A DNA stretch of 64,000 bases from Polyangiaceae bacterium (lineage in GTDB: Bacteria; Myxococcota_A; Polyangia; Polyangiales; Polyangiaceae). The notes beneath the pieces were generated by a model. It did not search any database. It had not been told where the DNA came from and saw only the letters and a list, made by a program, of their open reading frames with translations. The stretch covers positions 256,001 to 320,000 of the forward strand of contig JBILLK010000002.1 in NCBI GenBank assembly GCA_044376115.1, in the 5' to 3' direction. The position numbers and the translations under genes are program-made. Of this stretch, positions 21,239 through 30,094 are shown piece by piece (positions within the stretch are counted from its first letter, which is position 1; every line of letters starts with the position of its first letter).

Positions 21239-22618
21239 CTAGTCGAGCGCGGCGTCTCGCTTGATGCCGTGGCGCTGCAGAAGACGATGCAGGTACATCC
21301 TGTCGAGCCCGGCCTTGCGCGCCGCGCGGCTGACGTTCCCGCCGGACCACTCGAACAAGGCGCGCAAGTAGCGAAGCTCAAACTCCGTCACGATGCGATC
21401 TTTCCCGGCGCGAAAGGTCTCCTCGACCACCTGGTTCGAGGCGGTGCTCGCCCCGGGTTCTTCTTCGCGACGAGCTGCAGGTTCCGGCGGTGCGTCCAGC
21501 TCGTCGGTGATGACCCGACGCTCGACGAAGTTACGCAACTCGCGAACATTGCCGAGCCAGGGCTGCTCGGCCATGGCGCGATAGACCTCCTCGGTGAACA
21601 GCGACAGCTTTTCGGTGAGCCCCAGATCGTCGAGGATCGCCCCGACCAAAAGCGGGAGGTCCTCGGTACGCTCGCGCAGCGGCGGGATATCCATGCGCAG
21701 CGCACCGAGCCTGAAATAAAGGTCTTCGCGGAACTGCCCGTGGTTGATGGCGTCTTCGATGCGGCGGTTGGTGGTGGCGATCACGCGCGCATCAAAGCGA
21801 ACGACGCTGTTGCTCCCGACCCTGCGCACTTCACGCTCGGAGAGAGCTCGCAGCAGCATCGGTTGGATGTCGACGGGTAGGTCTGCGACCTCATCGAGCA
21901 AGACGGTGCCTCCTCGCGCCGCTTCGAACGCGCCAAGCGTGACCTCTTTGATGCCGGGGTAGGACCCAGGCATCGCGCCGAACAGCTCTAGTTCGACCCG
22001 TGTCCGCGAGAGCCCGGCGCAGTCGATGATGATGAACGGCTTGTCCGCTCGACTGCTTCTTCTGACGATCTCGGCGGCGACGAGTTCCTTGCCCGTGCCA
22101 CTTTCGCCCTCGATCAACACGTCGCCATCGGCTTTGGCGATCTTGGTGATCTTGCTGAAGACGCGCCGCATGATCGGGCTCTGCCCATAGAGCGCACCAA
22201 GCGCGAACGTGGTCTTCTGTTGTTGCGCGACGTTTTCCTTCGCCGGCAGGAGTCGGATCCGCAGCTGCGACTCGCCGAGTACCAAGGTGCACTCGGGTCG
22301 AGCGAGATCGGCGTCTCGAACACGCACGCCGTCGAGCATCGTCCCGTTCAGCGAACCCGTATCCACGATCTGCCAGCCCCGGGTGCTGGTGCGGATCTTA
22401 CAGTGCACCCGGGAGACCGTTGGGTCGGCTAGCACCAACTCGTTGCCGGCATTGGAGCCAATCCGCAGCACGTCTCCGCTGAGCACGACGCTCCGTTGAG
22501 CAGCTGCACCGGCCTCACGTTCGATCACGAACTCGATGCTCGGCGAAATGGTGTCTTGGGCCTGACTTGAGGGGCGGGTCGCGCGCTCGGCACGGGGGTC
22601 AGGACGAGTCCGGCTCAT
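21239..22618 (-). CDS. FHA-domain sigma54-type enhancer-binding protein (degenerate GAFTGA)
   Basis: FHA (IGS..VSRVHC..GSLNGT), Walker A GESGTGKE, Walker B LLDEV, FREDLYFRL, WLGNVREL, Fis-type HTH. Confidence 0.92.
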   Translation of the reverse strand: MSRTRPDPRAERATRPSSQAQDTISPSIEFVIEREAGAAAQRSVVLSGDVLRIGSNAGNELVLADPTVSRVHCKIRTSTRGWQIVDTGSLNGTMLDGVRVRDADLARPECTLVLGESQLRIRLLPAKENVAQQQKTTFALGALYGQSPIMRRVFSKITKIAKADGDVLIEGESGTGKELVAAEIVRRSSRADKPFIIIDCAGLSRTRVELELFGAMPGSYPGIKEVTLGAFEAARGGTVLLDEVADLPVDIQPMLLRALSEREVRRVGSNSVVRFDARVIATTNRRIEDAINHGQFREDLYFRLGALRMDIPPLRERTEDLPLLVGAILDDLGLTEKLSLFTEEVYRAMAEQPWLGNVRELRNFVERRVITDELDAPPEPAARREEEPGASTASNQVVEETFRAGKDRIVTEFELRYLRALFEWSGGNVSRAARKAGLDRMYLHRLLQRHGIKRDAALD

Positions 22619-22701
22619 GCGGCGTAACTATCACGAATCCCAACGCTCTGACGTGTGGCATGCACGGGCGTAGCCGGCCCAAGCCGCAACGTCGCAGAGC
22701 G

Positions 22702-23865
22702 CTACAGCGGTTTGCGGTGAGCCCGGATTTTTCGCGTGGCGCCAAGCAGGGCTAGTTGACCGCAGGCCGCGGCGACCTCGTCCCCGCGGGTGCGTCGCAC
22801 GAAACAAGACATCCCGGCCCCAGCGACGATCTCCTGGAACTGAAGGACCCGCTCGAAGCTCGGGGGCCCTAGGCTGGAGGCCTCGATTCCGTTCATCGGG
22901 ATCAGGTTCACTTTCGTCTTCAGCCCGCGCAGCAGCTTCACCAAGCGACGGGCGTCTTCATGCGAGTCGTTTTCGCCAGAGATCAGCGTGTATTCGATGG
23001 TGATGCGACGGCGCGGAGGCAACGGGTAGCGGGCCAGCGCCTTCATCAACTCGGCCAGCGGATAGCGCTTGTTGATGGGCATCAGCGCGCTGCGCCGTTC
23101 ATCCGTTACTGCGTGGAGACTGATGGCCAAGCCGATTTGACCGCCAAAGTCCTCTCCCAGCTTCTGGATCTCAGGGATCAGCCCCGAGGTTGAAACGGTG
23201 ATGCGTCGCTTGGAGAGGTTGATTCCGTCGGGGTGGGTCAACAGCTCCAGGCTCCGTTTGGTCGCCGGGTAGTTGTGGAGCGGCTCCCCCATTCCCATGT
23301 ACACGACCCCGCGCAGTCGTTCGTTCGGCTCGAACTCGCGTTTGGCCAACAGGATCTGCCCGATGATCTCCTCGGGTCCCAAATTTCGAGTGAGACCGGC
23401 AACGCCGCTCGCACAAAAGACACAGCCCATCGCGCAGCCGACCTGCGTCGAAATGCACTGCGTTACCCGGGTGATCGGCCCGTTCGTGGGCTCCCGCGCG
23501 AGATCATCGTCGTCTTCGTCGTCCTCCGACTCCAGGTCGGCTGCGGAGCCCGGACCCGAAACGCGCGGCAGCAACACCGTCTCCACCGGCGCATTGTCCT
23601 TCATGCGAATGAGCAGCTTGCGCGTGTCGTCGGCCGAGCGGTGCACGCGCTCGACCACACCGATCGGCGCGCCTTGCAGCGACTCATGCGACTTCAGCTT
23701 GGTGGGGAGGCTCGTCATCTCCTCCGCGTTGGTGACAGCTTTCTGGTGGATCCAGCTGAAGATCTCCTTTGCTCGGAAGGGCCGCTCGCCGGCCTCCGCG
23801 ACAATCCGGGTCCACTCTTCGGGGAGTCGCGCGACAGGGTGAAGCGTGGCCGGTTCGTTCGCCAT
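22702..23865 (-). CDS. rlmN: Dual-specificity 23S rRNA A2503/tRNA C2-methyltransferase (radical SAM)
   Basis: STQVGCAMGCVFC, MGMGEP, TVSTSG, AISLHA, EYTL, AACGQL. Confidence 0.95.
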   Translation of the reverse strand: MANEPATLHPVARLPEEWTRIVAEAGERPFRAKEIFSWIHQKAVTNAEEMTSLPTKLKSHESLQGAPIGVVERVHRSADDTRKLLIRMKDNAPVETVLLPRVSGPGSAADLESEDDEDDDDLAREPTNGPITRVTQCISTQVGCAMGCVFCASGVAGLTRNLGPEEIIGQILLAKREFEPNERLRGVVYMGMGEPLHNYPATKRSLELLTHPDGINLSKRRITVSTSGLIPEIQKLGEDFGGQIGLAISLHAVTDERRSALMPINKRYPLAELMKALARYPLPPRRRITIEYTLISGENDSHEDARRLVKLLRGLKTKVNLIPMNGIEASSLGPPSFERVLQFQEIVAGAGMSCFVRRTRGDEVAAACGQLALLGATRKIRAHRKPL

Positions 23866-23920
23866 ACGCCCCTCTAGCACGGGACTTCCAGTGCGGCGCG
23901 TCCGAGTCTAAGGAGTCGCC

Positions 23921-24763
23921 ATGACCCGACCCTTCGCTCCTTGCATTGCCCCCCCGCTCGCCGAACAAGATGGTCGCAGCTTCGTGCGCCTCGTCGAGCT
24001 GATGCAGCGCCTGCTCGCGGAAGACGGCTGCCCTTGGGACCGCGAACAAGATTTTTTGAGCTTGCGACGCTACGTGGTGGAAGAGGCCTGCGAAGTGGTG
24101 GACGCAATCGACCGTGGCGACCGCAAGGAGATCTGCGCCGAGCTTGGAGATCTGGCGCTGCAGGTCATTTTTCAAGCCGAGCTCGGGCGCAAGGAGGGGA
24201 GCTTCGGTCCGGACGATGTGGTGGCTGCGATCTGCGAGAAGCTGGTGCGTAGGCATCCCCACGTATTCGCCGACGTGAAGGTGGACGGTGCCTCCGAGGT
24301 GCTCACCAACTGGGAGCTGATCAAGGCGCAGGAGAAGGGGAGTGACGGGAAGACCAAGGGCATTCTCGACGGCGTGCCGCGCGGGCTTCCGGCGCTGATG
24401 CGCGCGCAACGGATGGGCGAAAAAGTGGCGCGCGTAGGCTTCGATTGGGAGGACCCTTCGGGCTCGCGGGCGAAGGTGACCGAGGAGCTAGCCGAGCTGG
24501 ATGAGGCGATCGCCTCGGGCGACAAGGCCAAGATCGAGGACGAGTTTGGGGATGTGCTGTTTGCGCTCTCGAACCTGGCGCGGCACGTGGGGGTCGACGG
24601 GGAGGCGGCCTTGCGTTCCACGATGGACAAGTTCGCGACACGCTTCCGTCACGTTGAAAAGCGTGTTCACGAGGTCCACGGTGGCTTCCCGACCCCCGAA
24701 ACGAAGGGAAAGCTCTCGCTCGAGGAGCTTGATCGCTATTGGGAAGAGGCCAAGTCGAAATGA
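23921..24763 (+). CDS. mazG: Nucleoside triphosphate pyrophosphohydrolase, two-domain
   Basis: GCPWDREQ, EEACE, ELGDL, KLVRRHPHVF, GFDW, EFGDVLF. Confidence 0.95.
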   Translation: MTRPFAPCIAPPLAEQDGRSFVRLVELMQRLLAEDGCPWDREQDFLSLRRYVVEEACEVVDAIDRGDRKEICAELGDLALQVIFQAELGRKEGSFGPDDVVAAICEKLVRRHPHVFADVKVDGASEVLTNWELIKAQEKGSDGKTKGILDGVPRGLPALMRAQRMGEKVARVGFDWEDPSGSRAKVTEELAELDEAIASGDKAKIEDEFGDVLFALSNLARHVGVDGEAALRSTMDKFATRFRHVEKRVHEVHGGFPTPETKGKLSLEELDRYWEEAKSK

Positions 24764-24861
24764 CCTTTCTCCCCGGCTTGAGACTGGGCTAGGAGGGTCA
24801 TGCGTTCGGGGCGTAGCCGCGCAGGTTGACGGCTCTTCGACCTCGCGCGCCGAGAGAGCCC

Positions 24862-27474
24862 ATGCTTCGCACGAGCCGTTTGCGACCGAGCTTCACGACC
24901 GTTCTTGCCGCCCTAATCGTGTCCACCGCTGGGTGCGGGGATGACACCGGAACGGGCGCCTCTGGCGCCAACAACCCGACTGGAGGTGGCGGTGCCACCA
25001 CCGGCGGAGCAGGAGGGGACGGCGGAGCAACAGGCGGAACCGGCGGCGTTGGGGCCAACGGCGGTAACGGTGGTTCTGGTGGTTCTGGCGGTAGCAGCTA
25101 CGCCGAAATCGAATGCAACAAGACGCTCGCGCAGCCCGCGAGCGGTGTTTGCGGCGTGGCGACGCCTGGCAGCAGCGGCACGCTCTTGCGCGGGACCGTC
25201 CTCGGTGCTGACGCGATTTACCGCACCGGCAGCGTGCTGATCGACGACGCAGGCATCATCCAATGCGTCGGTTGTGACTGTGACACCGGCGCCGGCGCCG
25301 ACGCTGATGTAGTCGACTGTCCGGACGGCGTGATCAGCCCAGGTCTGATCAACCCGCACGATCACATCACCTTCGCCAACAACGCCCCCGCCGATTGGGG
25401 CAACACCCGCTACGACCACCGTCACGAATGGCGCACCGGCGCCAATGGCCAGCCCGAGATCGACACCAACAGCGGCGCCTCGGCCGAGGTGGTTTCGTTC
25501 GCCGAGCTGCGCTTCATCATGAGCGGCGCAACCAGCGCCGCGAGCGCGGGCGGTCGCGCGGGCCTGTTGCGCAACCTCGACGGCAACAACAACGGTGGCC
25601 TGCCGGCTCAACAAGCCGACAGCGACACCTTCCCGCTCAACGACCAAGACGGGACGATGAATTCGAGCGGTTGCAACTACGGCAACGGCCCAACCACCGC
25701 CCAAGACATCGAAGGCTTGCGCGGGTACCTGCCGCATATCGCCGAGGGCATCGGTCCTGAGGCAGCGAACGAGTTCGTCTGTACTTCGAGCACCGCCGTG
25801 CAAGACGCCAATGACGTGATCGAGCCGCAGAGCGCGATCATTCACGCCGTCGGCGTAACCGCCGAGGACGTGGCGCTGATGCGCGCCGAGGGTGCTTCGG
25901 TGATCTGGTCGCCGCGCTCCAACATCTCGCTCTATGGCGATACGGCTCGCGTCTCCTTGATCGACGCGCTCGGTGTGCCGCTTGCGCTCGGCACCGACTG
26001 GATGCCTTCGGGCTCGATGAACATCCTGCGAGAGCTTCACTGCGCCGATGAGTTCAACGCCAGCTACCTCAACGGGCACTTCTCCGACCTAGCGCTTTGG
26101 CGCATGGTGACGGAGAACGCTGCGTTCGCGACGGGTACGCAGGACGCGATCGGCATGCTGAAGAAGGGCTACATCGCCGACATCGCCGTGTTCGACGCCT
26201 CGGTGCGCAGCGACTTCCGCGCTGTGATTGGTGCCGGCGTCGAGGACGTCGTGCTGGTGATGCGCGCCGGTGAGGTTCTCTACGGAGATACGAGCCTGCT
26301 CGACGATACCGAACTCGGCGCCGCGGGTTGTGAGCCGCTCGATGTTTGCGGCGTAGCCAAGCGCGCCTGTGTGGCCCAGGACCTCGGTGGCGGCGCCACG
26401 CTCGCGGGCATTCGCCAAGCAGGAGAGGCGTTCTACCCCTTGTTCTTCTGCAACGACATGGTCCCGCAAAACGAGCCGACGTGCGTTCCTTCCCGTCCCG
26501 AGTATCCGAACGGGATCTCTGCCAGCGACAGCGACGGTGACGGCATCGATGATGGCGCTGACATCTGTCCCACCATTTTCGATCCGATCCGTCCGATGGA
26601 TGGTGGCTCGCAAGCTGACGGTGACGGTGACGGCATCGGCGACGCGTGCGACAAATGCCCGACCGAGTCTGGTGAAGGCTGTAGCCCTGATTCCGCCGAC
26701 GATATCGACGGCGACGGCTTCGCGAACGCGGTCGATGTCTGCCCGGAGCTCGCTGGCAGCCAAGCCGACGCCGACGGCGATGGTCACGGTGATGACTGTG
26801 ACTCCTGCCCCAATGACCCGAACTACGGCCCGACGGCCTGTGCGCTCGATATCGCCACGGTACGAAATCCCGCTGCGCCTGGTCACCCGGCGGTCGGCAC
26901 CTCGGTGGTCGTCACTGGCTACGTAACCGCGGTGAAGCCCGATATGGGCAGCTCGCGCGGCTTCGTGATCCAAGACGGAACGGACCCGTTCAGCGGCATC
27001 TTCGTCTTCACCGGCAACCAGTCGCCCGGCGTCGTTCGCGGTAACCAGGTCACGGTGACCGGCGTATACGACGAGTTCTTCAACTACTCCGAGCTGACCT
27101 CGCCGCAGACGGTGGTCGTCGACGCTGGAACGACCTTGCCCTTCGCGCCCATCCCAGTGGCCGCAACGGGCACGCTCTCGACTGCTGCCACCGCCGAACC
27201 CTTCGAGTCGATGCTCGTAACGATCGGCGCATGCAGCCTCACCACACTCAACGTTGATACCCCGCAAGACTTCGACGAGTTCGGCGTGACCAGCGCTGGC
27301 AGCACCGAACTGCGCATCAACGACGGTATGTTCCCGGCGATCGACAACACGTGCGCCGTTGCAAGCAACTTCAACTCGATTACCGGCGTGCTTGCCTACA
27401 GCTTCAACAACTACAAGCTCGAGCCGCGGGACGCCGCCGACGTCTCCGCGACGACCTGCACGCCTTTCCCCTGA
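24862..27474 (+). CDS. Lipoprotein amidohydrolase with thrombospondin type-3 repeats and C-terminal OB-fold
   Basis: Lipobox TAGC; PGLINPHDH, HIAEG, IIHAV, WSPRSN, LGTDW, ADIAVFD; four DxDGDG..D.C repeats; start re-picked at 24862. Confidence 0.85.
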   Translation: MLRTSRLRPSFTTVLAALIVSTAGCGDDTGTGASGANNPTGGGGATTGGAGGDGGATGGTGGVGANGGNGGSGGSGGSSYAEIECNKTLAQPASGVCGVATPGSSGTLLRGTVLGADAIYRTGSVLIDDAGIIQCVGCDCDTGAGADADVVDCPDGVISPGLINPHDHITFANNAPADWGNTRYDHRHEWRTGANGQPEIDTNSGASAEVVSFAELRFIMSGATSAASAGGRAGLLRNLDGNNNGGLPAQQADSDTFPLNDQDGTMNSSGCNYGNGPTTAQDIEGLRGYLPHIAEGIGPEAANEFVCTSSTAVQDANDVIEPQSAIIHAVGVTAEDVALMRAEGASVIWSPRSNISLYGDTARVSLIDALGVPLALGTDWMPSGSMNILRELHCADEFNASYLNGHFSDLALWRMVTENAAFATGTQDAIGMLKKGYIADIAVFDASVRSDFRAVIGAGVEDVVLVMRAGEVLYGDTSLLDDTELGAAGCEPLDVCGVAKRACVAQDLGGGATLAGIRQAGEAFYPLFFCNDMVPQNEPTCVPSRPEYPNGISASDSDGDGIDDGADICPTIFDPIRPMDGGSQADGDGDGIGDACDKCPTESGEGCSPDSADDIDGDGFANAVDVCPELAGSQADADGDGHGDDCDSCPNDPNYGPTACALDIATVRNPAAPGHPAVGTSVVVTGYVTAVKPDMGSSRGFVIQDGTDPFSGIFVFTGNQSPGVVRGNQVTVTGVYDEFFNYSELTSPQTVVVDAGTTLPFAPIPVAATGTLSTAATAEPFESMLVTIGACSLTTLNVDTPQDFDEFGVTSAGSTELRINDGMFPAIDNTCAVASNFNSITGVLAYSFNNYKLEPRDAADVSATTCTPFP

Positions 27475-27597
27475 GCGCGCTCTCTCAACCCCGCGTACTC
27501 AAGCGCCTGCCGAATGTGGCGGGTCCCACGAAGCAGTAGACCCAATGACTCGTGCGCTCGGCTTTAGTACGCGGCAATTCCCAGGTAGAGTAGCGGC

Positions 27598-29202
27598 GTG
27601 ACTTCAGGCGAGCACCCCGCGAGCGGATACGGTCCGCCATCTTCGATGGCGGACTCCACGCCGTCCATTGCTGCCGGCACCATCGTTTTGGAGAAGTACA
27701 GCGTGGTCAGCACGCTGGGCATCGGCGGAATGGGCCTCGTGGTTGCGGCGATGCACACCTCGCTGGGGACGCCCGTCGCCATCAAGTTCTTGCTGCCGCA
27801 GTTCGCGACGTCATCCGATGCGACGCGACGTTTTCTGCGCGAGGCCCAAGCTGCGTCCAAGATCGCCAGCGAGCACATCGTGCGCGTCTTCGATACCGGG
27901 TTCTCACAGAACTACGGGCCATACATCGTCATGGAGTACCTCGAGGGCGCCGACCTCTCGCGGCGCCTCAGGCACGGTGGTCCACTCTCCATCGAACAGG
28001 CGATCGACTTCGTGGTGCAGGCGGCGCTCGCGCTGACCGAAGCGCACGCGAACGGCATCGTTCACCGCGACGTGAAGCCGGCGAACCTCTACGTCGTGGA
28101 GCGGCCAGACGGTGCGCCGCTGCTGAAGGTGCTCGACTTCGGCATCTCCAAGGTCAGCGAAGCATCGTCCCTCGAGGTGACCAAGACGCAGGCCATCCTC
28201 GGCTCGGGCCTCTACATGTCGCCGGAGCAGATGAAGTCGAGCAAGGCGGTTGACCATCGCACCGACATCTACGCGCTGGGCGTCACGATGTTTGAGCTGC
28301 TCACCCGCACGCAGCCTTTCACCGCTGAGTCCTTCGCTGAGCTCGCCATCAAAGTGAATATGGAGCCGCCCACGCCGCTGGCCTCGCTGCGAGCCGACGT
28401 GAGTCAGGAGCTCGCCGAGGTGATAGAGCAGGCCTATGCCAAGAAGGCCGATGACCGCTATCAGTCGATGGGTGAGTTCGCCTTGGCGCTCAGCCCGTGG
28501 GCGACGCCGAGCACCCGCGAAAGCATCGAGGCCCTCGCTCGGACGGAGACGCGGCGAGGACGTGCGCCGTCGTTGCGGCCCTCGGCGCTCTACGCCACCA
28601 GAAACTCCTCTCCCAGTCTGTACCCACCGGGCACCTATGGCGACCTGCGGATCCCGCTAGCGCCGTCCTTGCCCACGCCTTCATCGGTGGGTGTCGATAC
28701 GTTCGGGCTGTCAAACAAGAACACAGCCGCGCTCGACCCGATGGGGCCGACCAGCGTGATGACTGTGCCGAAGAGCCGCAACCTGCTTGGCGTGGGCGTC
28801 GCGGTCGGCGTACTCACCACCGCCGCCTTGGCGGCCTACGTCTTGACGCGGTCGCCAGCCGCGACCGACGGCGCAGCCGCTGAAGCTGGAGCTTCGGCCG
28901 AGCGGCAGGCCGCCGAGAGCGGTCCACGTCCCGATGCTTCAGCTCCCTTGGTCAGCGCTGTCTCCGCCGCACCGACTGATGCAACCTCCACTTCTTCGAG
29001 CAAGCCCTCCGCGCAGGCCGTCGCTTCGGTGAAGGGCGCGCCCACCGCACCCGTGACGGCCACCGCGGCTGCAAGCCAGACGGCACCGTCTGCGGCGGTC
29101 ACAAGCCCGACAGCCGTCGTGACGACGGCCGCCCCCACCGCGACGGCGCCGTGCAAGCTGCGCGACATCGACGGAAGCTTCATCGACTGCAAACCGAAGT
29201 AA
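27598..29202 (+). CDS. Membrane-anchored Ser/Thr protein kinase
   Basis: GIGGMG, VAIK, HRDVKPAN, DFG, YMSPEQ, DIYALG; TM helix and Ala/Thr/Pro-rich tail. Confidence 0.95.
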   Translation: MTSGEHPASGYGPPSSMADSTPSIAAGTIVLEKYSVVSTLGIGGMGLVVAAMHTSLGTPVAIKFLLPQFATSSDATRRFLREAQAASKIASEHIVRVFDTGFSQNYGPYIVMEYLEGADLSRRLRHGGPLSIEQAIDFVVQAALALTEAHANGIVHRDVKPANLYVVERPDGAPLLKVLDFGISKVSEASSLEVTKTQAILGSGLYMSPEQMKSSKAVDHRTDIYALGVTMFELLTRTQPFTAESFAELAIKVNMEPPTPLASLRADVSQELAEVIEQAYAKKADDRYQSMGEFALALSPWATPSTRESIEALARTETRRGRAPSLRPSALYATRNSSPSLYPPGTYGDLRIPLAPSLPTPSSVGVDTFGLSNKNTAALDPMGPTSVMTVPKSRNLLGVGVAVGVLTTAALAAYVLTRSPAATDGAAAEAGASAERQAAESGPRPDASAPLVSAVSAAPTDATSTSSSKPSAQAVASVKGAPTAPVTATAAASQTAPSAAVTSPTAVVTTAAPTATAPCKLRDIDGSFIDCKPK

Positions 29203-29274
29203 GCCAACCGCTCAATCGAGTGCACGAAGCAGCGCATAGGAATTGCGATGCAGCCGCCGTAAACTCGCCGTCGA

Positions 29275-30048
29275 ATGGCAAAGAGCACCACGATCAGAAC
29301 GGTGTCGCGCGCGATGCTCGCGGGGAACGTCGAGGTGGTGTTTCAGCCGATCGTGGACATCCGAAGCGGGCGCCTCTTCGCCTATGAAGCGCTCGCTAGA
29401 ACGAGCAAGTTCGACGGCCCGGTGGCGTTGTTCGATGCCGCTGTCGCGCAGAAACAAGTTGGGCGTTTGGGCCGACACTTGCGAGAACTTGCGACGGCCA
29501 GCTGCCCGGCACACGCGTTGTTTCTCAACGTCCACCCGGTTGAACTGGCCGAGCACTGGCTGGTTCAGCCGGATGACCCGTTGTTCATGCATGAGCCAGG
29601 GGTGTTTCTCGAAATCACCGAGAGCGTGCCGCTGAGCCATCACGCGCTCGTGCATTCGGTCTTGAGTGAGCTGCGCGGGAAAGGCGTTGGCATCGTGGTG
29701 GACGATCTTGGCGCTGGTTACTCGAACCTGAGCTACATCGCCGATCTGCACCCGCAGTTCGTCAAGGTCGATCGCGGGTTGGTAACCGCGCTGCACCTCG
29801 ATCCGCGCCGCCAAAAGTTGCTGGCCGGTATGGCGCGTCTATGCACCGATCTAGGCGCCCAGGTCGTCGCCAAGGGGATTGAGACGCGCGACGAGCTGCT
29901 CGCTGCGCGCGACGCGGGCGTGCAGTTCGCGCAGGGGTACTTCGTCGCAAGGCCGGCGCTACCACCGCCGCTGCCCGAGATCTCCACCTGGGCTCAACGC
30001 AAGTCGCCGTCCAGCGTGATGAAGCGACGTAAGTCGCGAATGCGTTAA
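29275..30048 (+). CDS. Stand-alone EAL domain protein
   Basis: FQPIV, YEAL, FLNV, EITES, DDLGAGYS, KVDR, QGYF; AEGVE motif reads AKGIE. Confidence 0.9.
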   Translation: MAKSTTIRTVSRAMLAGNVEVVFQPIVDIRSGRLFAYEALARTSKFDGPVALFDAAVAQKQVGRLGRHLRELATASCPAHALFLNVHPVELAEHWLVQPDDPLFMHEPGVFLEITESVPLSHHALVHSVLSELRGKGVGIVVDDLGAGYSNLSYIADLHPQFVKVDRGLVTALHLDPRRQKLLAGMARLCTDLGAQVVAKGIETRDELLAARDAGVQFAQGYFVARPALPPPLPEISTWAQRKSPSSVMKRRKSRMR

Positions 30049-30094
30049 CGCCTGCGTCACGCCGGGCGAAAGCACGACGCGATTAGGCCCAGGT

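Noticed and set aside
23921..24763. mazG as part of an anti-phage or toxin-antitoxin system
   Set aside because: Full-length housekeeping two-domain MazG with no mazEF or defence genes adjacent
29231..29247. Sigma54-like site upstream of the EAL gene (GCGCATAGGAATTGCG)
   Set aside because: Lacks the invariant GG at -24
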